Shown: positions 1-7,830 of the stretch, piece by piece
How the letters are laid out: every line of letters begins with the position of its first letter
Position numbering within the stretch: the first letter of the stretch is position 1
NCBI GenBank assembly: GCA_029858305.1
Contig: JAOUFI010000060.1
Coordinates: forward strand, 1 to 13,017
Source: Candidatus Thorarchaeota archaeon
GTDB lineage: Archaea > Asgardarchaeota > Thorarchaeia > Thorarchaeales > Thorarchaeaceae
Reading direction: 5' to 3'
DNA length: 13,017 nucleotides
Position numbers and translations under genes: made by a program
Notes under the pieces: generated by a model
Databases searched by the model: none
Told to the model about the DNA's origin: nothing
The model's input: only the letters and a program-made list of their open reading frames with translations

Positions 1-12
1 GTAAGAGAGTAA

Positions 13-1050
13 CTAACTTGTAGAAGACTCTCTCTTCCTCTTTATTCTGCGAGTTATGATTGCCAGAGCAATGAATCCTACAACTATGCTAAACCAAAGA
101 GTCACAACTCGAATGAGTATGGTTGCCGCGCTTGCTAATGTTTCACCCATTGCTAGGAGGTATGTGATCAGTGCCACTGAGGTGATTTCATATGTCCCTA
201 CACCACCCGGTGACATTGTCACGGCTCCAATGATTGAGGCAGTTGAATGAACAAATGTCGCACTCAGAAGAAGGCTTAGCGATGCAAAAGTCAGAGATGG
301 GAGTCCAACACCCGATAATATACTGAGCAAGAGCCAGAGTTCTATGCACTCCATAAACCATCCTGGAACACTTATAGCAGTGCTTACCAGCATTGGCTTT
401 GGACTTAATGTCTTGGTCATTGTAGATTCAATGAGATCACAACTGTCTTGAAATCTCTTTAACGGGCCAAACGATGTCATTCTTACTAATATTCTTTGAT
501 AGAATGCTCTATTTCCAAGAACAAGGGCTCCAATAAGGGCAGCACCGCCAAGAAGGATGACTGTGAAGAGTTGGTCGCCTGCACTAATTCCTAAAGTGAA
601 ACCGACAAGAGCTAAGATAGCCATGGCTAGCAAATCAGTAACACGCTCTGATACTACTATTGGCATTGTCTTAGCCACAGGAGTTCCATCGATTTCTTGT
701 ATGAAATATCCTTTGACAGCTTCTCCTATTTTTCCAGGAGTTGCAGTAAGAGTAAATCCAGCGAGAAAAACTCCAAAACTATCTGTGTGAGTGAGATTTA
801 CATTGATTCGGTTTAGATAGTATTGCCACTTGAAATACCTGAGCACATAGTTCAAGAAAGATAGAGTCATCATAGTAGGTAGAATCCAAAACCAAGGAAT
901 TGCAATTAGTGCTGATATCACATCGTCTACTTTGCCGTACCACCCAACCAAGGCAAAAACGACGACACTGAATATCAAAAATCCTAATAATTTCCTCGTA
1001 CTGATGAATGATCCTCTGGAGCCATCGACTCGAATTTCACCATTTGTCAT
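13..1050 (-). CDS. UPF0104 / lysylphosphatidylglycerol-synthase-TM family (AglD2-like) putative flippase, multi-pass membrane protein
   Basis: 345 aa with many TM segments. Family-like motifs: NYVLRYFKWQYYL, TPGKIGEAVK, VVSERVTDL, SPGGVGTYE, IRVVTLW. AGGAGG lies 7 nt upstream of the ATG, and the start overlaps the end of the PHP gene. Confidence 0.85.
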   Translation of the reverse strand: MTNGEIRVDGSRGSFISTRKLLGFLIFSVVVFALVGWYGKVDDVISALIAIPWFWILPTMMTLSFLNYVLRYFKWQYYLNRINVNLTHTDSFGVFLAGFTLTATPGKIGEAVKGYFIQEIDGTPVAKTMPIVVSERVTDLLAMAILALVGFTLGISAGDQLFTVILLGGAALIGALVLGNRAFYQRILVRMTSFGPLKRFQDSCDLIESTMTKTLSPKPMLVSTAISVPGWFMECIELWLLLSILSGVGLPSLTFASLSLLLSATFVHSTASIIGAVTMSPGGVGTYEITSVALITYLLAMGETLASAATILIRVVTLWFSIVVGFIALAIITRRIKRKRESSTS

Positions 1051-1726
1051 ACGAGATCCTCCTGATTCTTTGCCACAGCATTGTAGGTATGTGTGTAAAG
1101 AAGATTGACGGATAGCCTGTAATCCAAGTTCGACCAGCTTTTAGCTCTTCATAGATATCTTCAGAGGTTTCAATGTCTTGCAACCATGTCTTTGCATGTC
1201 CCATCTCCAAGAATGAGTGACCGTCGCTACCTGCTGTTAATGGCTTGTTCAAACGTTTTGCAAGATCTTGAGCTCGTGTATTGAAACTATTGATTATGCA
1301 TCTTGAATTCATGCCTTCTATAAGGTCCACATGCTTTTTTATCAAATTTTCAGGCAATCCTCGTCTAATTGCAGCATCCTTTCGTAAAGGATCCATAGGA
1401 TGAGGCAGAATGACGAGACCATTCATATCATGAACATCATCTGCTATCTCAGCAAAAGTCCTGTTCTCTATATGATCTGCTATGAAGATGCCGATAATTT
1501 CACCAAAGTCTTTGGACTTATATTCGCAAGCAGGTATGATGAATCTGCCATCTCGATGAATAATCTTCAAAGTTGCTGCTCGATAGTGCTCGGTGGGTGC
1601 AACACCCCTGAGTCCTTTCTTTTTCATCACTTTAAAGAGATTATATGGGCTTTGAAATCCATCTTTGGAGTGGTATGTATGCATATGTAAATCAAAGGCA
1701 GATAAGCGGTTATTCAACTTTAACAC
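1037..1726 (-). CDS. PHP-domain metal-dependent phosphoesterase (TrpH/YciV-like)
   Basis: Metal-binding motifs DLHMHT, PTEH, CE, ILPHP, IEGMNSR and GSDGH. GTG start lies 1 nt after the UbiA stop codon. Confidence 0.85.
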   Translation of the reverse strand: MLKLNNRLSAFDLHMHTYHSKDGFQSPYNLFKVMKKKGLRGVAPTEHYRAATLKIIHRDGRFIIPACEYKSKDFGEIIGIFIADHIENRTFAEIADDVHDMNGLVILPHPMDPLRKDAAIRRGLPENLIKKHVDLIEGMNSRCIINSFNTRAQDLAKRLNKPLTAGSDGHSFLEMGHAKTWLQDIETSEDIYEELKAGRTWITGYPSIFFTHIPTMLWQRIRRISYDKW

Positions 1727-1727
1727 C

Positions 1728-2726
1728 CTACGGGAAGAGCGGCGGAAATATCGTTTCCAAGAAGTCTAGAAACGCCTGGAACACAGTTGTTATGGAATTC
1801 ATAACCATATCCCAGAAGAAAAGCGTCCACGCTAGTGCTATCAGAAACAAAAATCCCCCTATGAGAATTCCTTTATCCTTAATTGCCAAATGGGGTTTTC
1901 TACCGACTGGACTCCCAATATGAATCAGATAGACGTATCTTAGAATTAATCCGGCCAGTATAGGAACTGTAAGCATGATGGGTTGATGATCCATATTACT
2001 TGCAAAGTTATTGTAGCAATAGAGTGTGTAGAAGAACACGAACCATGTCGCTGACATGGATATACCGTGGTCAAGTATAGTGTCAGTATATTTCTTAAAA
2101 ACTGGCTTATGGGTTGCAGCACTAGCTCCTAAGTATTGAAGTTCATTCTTTCTTTTGCCAAATCCAAGTATCAAGGCAAAGAAGAAGACACCAATTACTA
2201 ACCATGATGTGAAGGGGATTCTCAAGAGTACTGCTCCAGAAATTGCTCTAATGACAAAACCAACTGCAATCGTGACTACATCAATTATGGCACGTTTTCT
2301 GAGGTAGCTATTATAGAGCTGTGAAACAATGATGTAGAGAATCACTGTGAGGAAGAACATCCAATATAGGATGAAAGATAAGAATAATCCTACAATTAGC
2401 AAAGCATAAGCGAAATAGAGTGCTGTTCTTCGACTCACCGCTCCAGAAGGAAGAGGTCGGTTTCGCTTCTCTGGATGAGCTGCATCTGCTTCTAAATCCT
2501 GAATGTCATTGACAATGTATGTTGCACTTGAAACTGCACAATATGCTATGAATCCCAAGATTAGAGGTAGGTGATAGGAATAGAATCTTGCCATATCGAG
2601 AATTGGTGGGGTCTCTAACCAAGGCCAGACTTGAGGAGTTTGATAGAATACAATGGCTAAGAATACGAGGAGGTTCTTATACCATTGTGCAGGTCTCATG
2701 AGTCGAATATAATCGCGAACAGCCAT
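1728..2726 (-). CDS. UbiA-family prenyltransferase, decaprenyl-phosphate phosphoribosyltransferase (DPPR synthase)-like
   Basis: Motifs RPAQWYKNLLVF, YIVNDIQDLEADAAHPEKRNRPLPSG and FGKRKNEL, plus about 9 TM segments. I prefer the start at 2726 (MAVRDY) because GGAGG lies 7 nt upstream. The alternative ATG at 2744 overlaps the DUF362 stop (ATGA). Confidence 0.85.
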   Translation of the reverse strand: MAVRDYIRLMRPAQWYKNLLVFLAIVFYQTPQVWPWLETPPILDMARFYSYHLPLILGFIAYCAVSSATYIVNDIQDLEADAAHPEKRNRPLPSGAVSRRTALYFAYALLIVGLFLSFILYWMFFLTVILYIIVSQLYNSYLRKRAIIDVVTIAVGFVIRAISGAVLLRIPFTSWLVIGVFFFALILGFGKRKNELQYLGASAATHKPVFKKYTDTILDHGISMSATWFVFFYTLYCYNNFASNMDHQPIMLTVPILAGLILRYVYLIHIGSPVGRKPHLAIKDKGILIGGFLFLIALAWTLFFWDMVMNSITTVFQAFLDFLETIFPPLFP

Positions 2727-2740
2727 TTTGAATCCTCCAA

Positions 2741-3820
2741 TCATTCAGTGTACGAGTTCCATAGTGCTCCCCATTCAGTTTCTTCAAGAAACCACTTCAC
2801 CCATCTCTTTCCCTTGAGAGGAAGCCAGATACCATCATGATACAGACCGGAGAGTTGAGTGGGAAGCCACATCAATGGGGACTTGAACAAGAATGTTTTC
2901 ATTCCCGGGAATTTAAGAAATCCACGGTTCCAAGTAATCACTGGGCTCTTCCCGGAGCTCAGGTGGAAGTTCGGTAGATCCTCCCATGACTCAAAGTCAC
3001 CAACAATATCTATCTTATTGGGGTCTGATTCGCCAAGACCCAGTTCTTTCGCAATCTGGAGTTTGTGCACGAGTTTTTGGTTAATCCCCATGAGACGAGT
3101 CTGAACTGTATCTGCAGCGACCATATCGCTTGTTGCAATGAGCACATTGCCTATCTTTGGAATCATTGTTCGTGGACCGGCACCATCGCCCATGATAGTT
3201 CCATCAGTTAGGACAAACTCAGAATTTGAGATTGTTTGTTGGAGAAGTAATAGATCTACAAGTACTTCGTGTATCTTCAGGTGTGCAAGATGCCTATTCT
3301 TTGTTAGATATAATCCAAAACTATCTTTCAATGCACCAGTCATTTGCGTATGACCGTGAGTTTTGATGGTGGGCAGATGAATAATATTTGTACCAAATAT
3401 TTCCTTAGGAGCGATGACTTCTCCGAATATGTCTTCTAGAACAAGGGTCTCTCTTGGGAGTTTGACATCAACATAATGCGCTTTAATCAATGGGAGAAAT
3501 TTGATTCGATGCTTTTTGATGACAGGATACCAATTATTATTTCGAGTTCCAGCATAGATATTCGTAACAACAGTTTCGTTCTCAACAGCTTGAATCTTCC
3601 TTCTATCAAAACCATCACTAATGAGCTTTCTGAGCATTCCATCGAATATGTATGGATTGGTGCTACATCCTGGGAATAGCTTGCTCCATGATAGATTCAG
3701 TTTGATTGTAGTTGCAACATCCTTGGAAACAAACTTGTCATAGTCAGCAAAGTCCATTGCTCTAGAGATATCTTCGTAGATTGTTCTCGGAGATGTCTTG
3801 ACTACAGCAACCTTAGGCAT
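2741..3820 (-). CDS. DUF362 domain protein
   Basis: Motifs IKLNLSW, LPTIKTHGHTQMTGALKDSFG, DGTIMGDGAGP, SDMVAAD and LGLGE are typical of DUF362. Only one Cys and no ferredoxin motif. Confidence 0.8.
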   Translation of the reverse strand: MPKVAVVKTSPRTIYEDISRAMDFADYDKFVSKDVATTIKLNLSWSKLFPGCSTNPYIFDGMLRKLISDGFDRRKIQAVENETVVTNIYAGTRNNNWYPVIKKHRIKFLPLIKAHYVDVKLPRETLVLEDIFGEVIAPKEIFGTNIIHLPTIKTHGHTQMTGALKDSFGLYLTKNRHLAHLKIHEVLVDLLLLQQTISNSEFVLTDGTIMGDGAGPRTMIPKIGNVLIATSDMVAADTVQTRLMGINQKLVHKLQIAKELGLGESDPNKIDIVGDFESWEDLPNFHLSSGKSPVITWNRGFLKFPGMKTFLFKSPLMWLPTQLSGLYHDGIWLPLKGKRWVKWFLEETEWGALWNSYTE

Positions 3821-3952
3821 AATAAAATCAACCCTAGATGAACTTCATTCTCTATTTTATCTTGTCCCTTTACATTCATCTTAATAAGTTGCCTCAATGA
3901 CTAGGGTTGTACTAAGCTATATCTGTAAAATTTGGCAGCTTTTGTTTTCATT

Positions 3953-4402
3953 CTATGGGAGTACTATCTCATCGTAGATGTTCTTCAGCTGGCTATCCCT
4001 TAAGAAATAGACAAGGACGGCATTTATCGCGATAAGAGGCAAGCTTAGCTTTGGTAGGTAGAAGATGAGAGATGCAATGCCTGCTGCCATTGCTGTCCTC
4101 CATGCCCATGGTTCGAGGCGCCATAATCCCCACCCAGCGATCAAAGAGATGAGGCCTATTGTGCCTGTAATAACGGAGAGGGAAACAACCATAATCAAAT
4201 ATACAAGAGGTCCGGGGAAGTACCAGAAAGAATAATTCGCAACAGTCAAGATGATACCTAAGAGTCCCGAGCTGATTGCGAGCACAGCGACAACTATCAC
4301 CTTGAAATCCATTTGATCAACATCTTCTGAGTATACATCAAGATCATCAAAAGTGCTGCTATCACCTGCCAAAGTGTTCACTCCACTAATAGTATGTGTC
4401 AA
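3953..4402 (-). CDS. Small integral membrane protein (about 4 TM), hypothetical
   Basis: Four hydrophobic segments and a GWGLWRLEPWAW motif seen in small archaeal membrane proteins. TTG start 23 nt after the phosphatase stop; the true start is uncertain. Confidence 0.7.
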   Translation of the reverse strand: MTHTISGVNTLAGDSSTFDDLDVYSEDVDQMDFKVIVVAVLAISSGLLGIILTVANYSFWYFPGPLVYLIMVVSLSVITGTIGLISLIAGWGLWRLEPWAWRTAMAAGIASLIFYLPKLSLPLIAINAVLVYFLRDSQLKNIYDEIVLP

Positions 4403-4425
4403 ACGCTCTTTTACTTTGTTACTCC

Positions 4426-5271
4426 TTATCGAATATCCAAGGGTTCTATTACGCCACTACTTCCTATACGCACTATTTTGGGGCGTACGCGACCCATATA
4501 GGTTGCAGTGAAGACACTTACAAGCCGTTTCTGGAAGAAAGTGCAATACCCTTCGGGAATGACTTCATGAGCCCGAAACATAACTTGAGCATTAATATTC
4601 TCCATGAATGTATCAAATGCTATTTGCCCATAATGTCGAGCTCGAGAGCTTCGCTCGTTAGGATAGAATTTAAAATTCCCTTCTCGAGGATCATTCCATA
4701 CTAATTGGAATATGACATCATCTGGGAAATTTGGATTTCTCCTATTTCGTGCTTGGATTTCTTCTATCGATGCCACACCCTCAGGAACTCCTCCATGACA
4801 ACCAAATACAAATCCTTCACGATAGGCGGCAATAGGAAGAACCTCAAAAACGCTTGAGTAGTACTTGAATACATCTACAGAAAACTCTCTAAGAACAGCA
4901 TGATAGAATCCATAGCGAGCAGCAATTTCATTAGACTCGTGATTACCTCTAAGCAACAGGACTCTATCCGGATAGGCAAGATTTAGTGCCATAACTAAGT
5001 TAATGGTTTCAACCTGTTCAGGACCGCGGTCTGCATAGTCTCCAAGAAAGATGAAGTAGTGATTATTGTATTTCTCTATATATCGTTGAACTGACAGCAC
5101 ACTCTGCAATTCTCCATGCAAGTCTCCGACGAAGATCAAGTTCTGAGAAGGAATTGTCACAACGTTTGGGCTAGCTCTATAGTGATCAATAGTTAAGCCG
5201 GCAAGGTGCCAAATTTCTTCTTGTGTGAAATCTTGTTTACCATTGAAGATCGACTGAACAAGCGCATCCAT
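4426..5271 (-). CDS. PPP-family serine/threonine protein phosphatase (PP1/PP2A/PP5-like)
   Basis: Complete PPP motif set: GDLHG, GDYADRG, LRGNHE, CHGG, LVWNDP, RAHE and SVFTA. Confidence 0.92.
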   Translation of the reverse strand: MDALVQSIFNGKQDFTQEEIWHLAGLTIDHYRASPNVVTIPSQNLIFVGDLHGELQSVLSVQRYIEKYNNHYFIFLGDYADRGPEQVETINLVMALNLAYPDRVLLLRGNHESNEIAARYGFYHAVLREFSVDVFKYYSSVFEVLPIAAYREGFVFGCHGGVPEGVASIEEIQARNRRNPNFPDDVIFQLVWNDPREGNFKFYPNERSSRARHYGQIAFDTFMENINAQVMFRAHEVIPEGYCTFFQKRLVSVFTATYMGRVRPKIVRIGSSGVIEPLDIR

Positions 5272-5282
5272 TCACTATACAC

Positions 5283-5789
5283 CTATTTCCAATTAAGTGC
5301 ATCAAAGACCATTTGTACTGCTTCCCTAGGAGTTTCGGCAGAGTGCACGACATCATTTCGTCGTCCATCGATCTGTGTTCCAGCGAGCTTTTGAGCCCAT
5401 CCTCCAGATTTTGTAAGTGCCACGATTGGTCTATCTGAGAACCATGCGATTGCAATCTCACTTAGAGTTCCTGCAGAGCCATCAAGAGCTATAACTGCGT
5501 CTCCTGCTTTGGCTACAAGAAAATTGCGTGCATAGCCAAGTCCTGTTGGAATCACGATATCAACGAATTCATTAGCGTGCTCTTTCATCTCAGTAGGAAG
5601 GATTCCGATTGTGAGACCATTAAATTTCTTAGCTCCCCGACAAGCTGCTTCCATCACTCCTCCAAGCCCGCCGCATGCAAGAGTAACTCCTCGTTTGGCT
5701 ATTTCTGCTCCAGTTTGTTCAGCGAGCTCAAGTACATCATGATTTGAATCAGAACCCCCTATGATAGAAATAATCCTGTAGGTCATCAT
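5283..5789 (-). CDS. TIGR00725-family protein (LOG/DprA-like Rossmann fold)
   Basis: Motifs ISIIGG, CGGLGGVMEAACRGAK, GLTIGILP, TGLGYARN and GSAGTLSEIA. AGGAG lies upstream. Confidence 0.88.
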   Translation of the reverse strand: MMTYRIISIIGGSDSNHDVLELAEQTGAEIAKRGVTLACGGLGGVMEAACRGAKKFNGLTIGILPTEMKEHANEFVDIVIPTGLGYARNFLVAKAGDAVIALDGSAGTLSEIAIAWFSDRPIVALTKSGGWAQKLAGTQIDGRRNDVVHSAETPREAVQMVFDALNWK

Positions 5790-5798
5790 TCTTCTCCT

Positions 5799-6914
5799 CT
5801 AGTCGCTAATTGATCTCTCTACTGTAACTAGTCTGCTTTTCAAAATTTGATATGCCCCACGCGGAAGTTTACCATCTTTCACCCTTTTTTCTGCCACTTC
5901 CAGAAGTGACCTTACAGGTATAGATTTTCGAGAATAAGCAGCAAGTAAGTCTGCCGGAATTCCTTTTCTCTCAAGTTCAAGACTTAACTCGAATTTGGCG
6001 CATATGCTAGCTCGCAGTATTTGCGATTCTACATGCTGTGGAAGTCTCCGTTCAGCAATAGCCATGACTTTGGCTGCTATCAATAGTGCTTTCTGACTGA
6101 TACCTTGAGAAGACCATCCCGAGTCTACTGCGATGATGCAGACATTTGCTTGACGTTTGCATTGATGAATGCAAAAATTACAAATATCTGGCTCCATACT
6201 GACTGCTCCCGTCTTGAGAGAAATACTCGCCTTGCCTTCTTTTATCTGAATTCTACAAGTATCTCCTGCTAGCTGTAAACCTTGGTCTAGTAAGATTGTC
6301 CGAATATCACTAATTTCTTCATCAGTACATTCAATCTCAGAAAGTCTATAAATTGGATGTACATATGTCGGACAGATTGATTCATCTAGTATGATGAAAG
6401 TTGAAGATTGTATCTTTCTCTTATTCTTGCTCGTAATCTTATGAGCAAGAAGACTGATCACGTCGCTAGTTTCACTTGCTTGCAAGATTTTGTAGCCTTC
6501 ACGATAATGTGCACCAAAATCTTCGCACGCCTGTACTGCTTCATCATATGAACCTACAACACCTATAACAACATTGGAGCTGAATCTGAGTGATAGATTA
6601 GTAATGAGTTCTGGGACCTCTCTGACTTCATTGGGTCGGACAATCACAAAGATAGCTTGATGGCCTTTAGTAAAACTCTGACTCAGTCCAGATACTCTTT
6701 CGTTCTGAGGTATTGCCCAGAGCTGTAGTGTAACACTACAATCCTCACCTCCATCAAACCGAGCAATTCCAAGGCTAATACCAAGGGTGTTGAATAGCTG
6801 TGTTGATATATTTCTTCCAGATACTTGTATCAAAAAGCCAGTTTGTAAGGCTAGGTCTCTACCAATCACTAAGACCTTGAAAATTAATCTCGTTCTAGGT
6901 ATCTGGATTGACAT
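5799..6914 (-). CDS. Degenerate Ras/Rab-like GTPase-fold protein (probable pseudo-GTPase) with Cys-rich region and C-terminal SHOCT-like helix pair
   Basis: The N-terminus follows the Rab pattern: FKVLVIG, then NTLGISL, then VTLQLWAIPQNERVSGLSQSFTKGHQAIFVIV. The G1 GK[ST] and G3 DxxG motifs are lost. Also CNFCIHQC-x6-C and a terminal LLEVAEKRVKDGKLPRGAYQILKSRL. Confidence 0.7.
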   Translation of the reverse strand: MSIQIPRTRLIFKVLVIGRDLALQTGFLIQVSGRNISTQLFNTLGISLGIARFDGGEDCSVTLQLWAIPQNERVSGLSQSFTKGHQAIFVIVRPNEVREVPELITNLSLRFSSNVVIGVVGSYDEAVQACEDFGAHYREGYKILQASETSDVISLLAHKITSKNKRKIQSSTFIILDESICPTYVHPIYRLSEIECTDEEISDIRTILLDQGLQLAGDTCRIQIKEGKASISLKTGAVSMEPDICNFCIHQCKRQANVCIIAVDSGWSSQGISQKALLIAAKVMAIAERRLPQHVESQILRASICAKFELSLELERKGIPADLLAAYSRKSIPVRSLLEVAEKRVKDGKLPRGAYQILKSRLVTVERSISD

Positions 6915-7005
6915 TCTCTCTTGCTAGATATACAATAATCAACTAATACCTATTGGTCACAGAATAAAATTCATCTTCAGTGTTAATTGAGTTTGATTGG
7001 TCAAT

Positions 7006-7371
7006 ATGGTCAAAGTATACAGAGCCTCCGATGCCGAAGAAATAGCAAGAGCTGGATATGTTGCGAAGTATGTTGCTGACATTAGATTTCGAAAGAAGAT
7101 AGATAATGGCGGATTCATTATGGTGAGTATTCCAGCTGGATCAAAAACATCTCCGCACATTCACAAGAAGTTGGAAGAGGTGTTCGTAGCATTGAGTTCT
7201 CTTGAAATGTACATTGATGCAACTCATATTCAACTTGAGGTTGGAGACATTGTCATTGCGGAACCTGGCGAAAGCCACTCATTCTCAGCGTATCCATCAT
7301 CTCAAGGAAAGATATTAGCAATTAAATTACCAAACTTGAAAGAGGATAAAATCCAACTAGATTCTTCATGA
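7006..7371 (+). CDS. Cupin domain protein (cupin_2)
   Basis: Cupin motifs IPAGSKTSPHIHKKLEEVF and GDIVIAEPGESHSF. ATG at 7006 preferred over the TTG at 6997. Confidence 0.85.
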   Translation: MVKVYRASDAEEIARAGYVAKYVADIRFRKKIDNGGFIMVSIPAGSKTSPHIHKKLEEVFVALSSLEMYIDATHIQLEVGDIVIAEPGESHSFSAYPSSQGKILAIKLPNLKEDKIQLDSS

Positions 7372-7376
7372 GCAAA

Positions 7377-7811
7377 CTAGAAATCTTCGTAATCGGAATC
7401 ATCCTCATCATCAGGCTCTTCGTCAAAGATGATGTCAACAGGACTTCCATGTTGAGTCATAAGGTGAGTCTTTGGAATCGCCCTTCTGATGACTTTGTCA
7501 AACTCTTTCCATTCTCTATATCTTCTTCTTCTGCCTATTATTCCTGCAATTGATACGACTGTGAAGGCGACTATACCTGTGACATAGAGTTCTATTCTAG
7601 ATTCAAACATCCCAGAACCTGCACTGAGCGCGATAACAAGGATACCCCCCAAGATTAAGGTGTTAAGAGAACAATCACAAGTCATATTGAGTTGACGTGG
7701 ACCAATTTGAAAGTCCTCTGGATCAGCTCCTGGTGCGAGGTTAAGATAGTAATTGAATACTGTCAATGTCATTATTACAATGATGAGAATTGTTAAGATG
7801 AAAATGTCCAT
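7377..7811 (-). CDS. Small membrane protein (about 3 TM) with acidic C-terminal tail, hypothetical
   Basis: Three hydrophobic segments, a CDC motif before TM2, basic RRRR after TM3 and a tail DEEPDDEDDSDYEDF. Starts 19 nt after the PIN gene stop, with a purine-rich spacer. Confidence 0.72.
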   Translation of the reverse strand: MDIFILTILIIVIMTLTVFNYYLNLAPGADPEDFQIGPRQLNMTCDCSLNTLILGGILVIALSAGSGMFESRIELYVTGIVAFTVVSIAGIIGRRRRYREWKEFDKVIRRAIPKTHLMTQHGSPVDIIFDEEPDDEDDSDYEDF

Positions 7812-7830
7812 TCTTTTTCCTTCTCTTATT

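Noticed and set aside
6952-7003. Direct repeat ATTGGTCA in the divergent pseudo-GTPase/cupin gap
   Set aside because: There are only two 8-bp copies in AT-rich DNA, which is too weak without comparative data.
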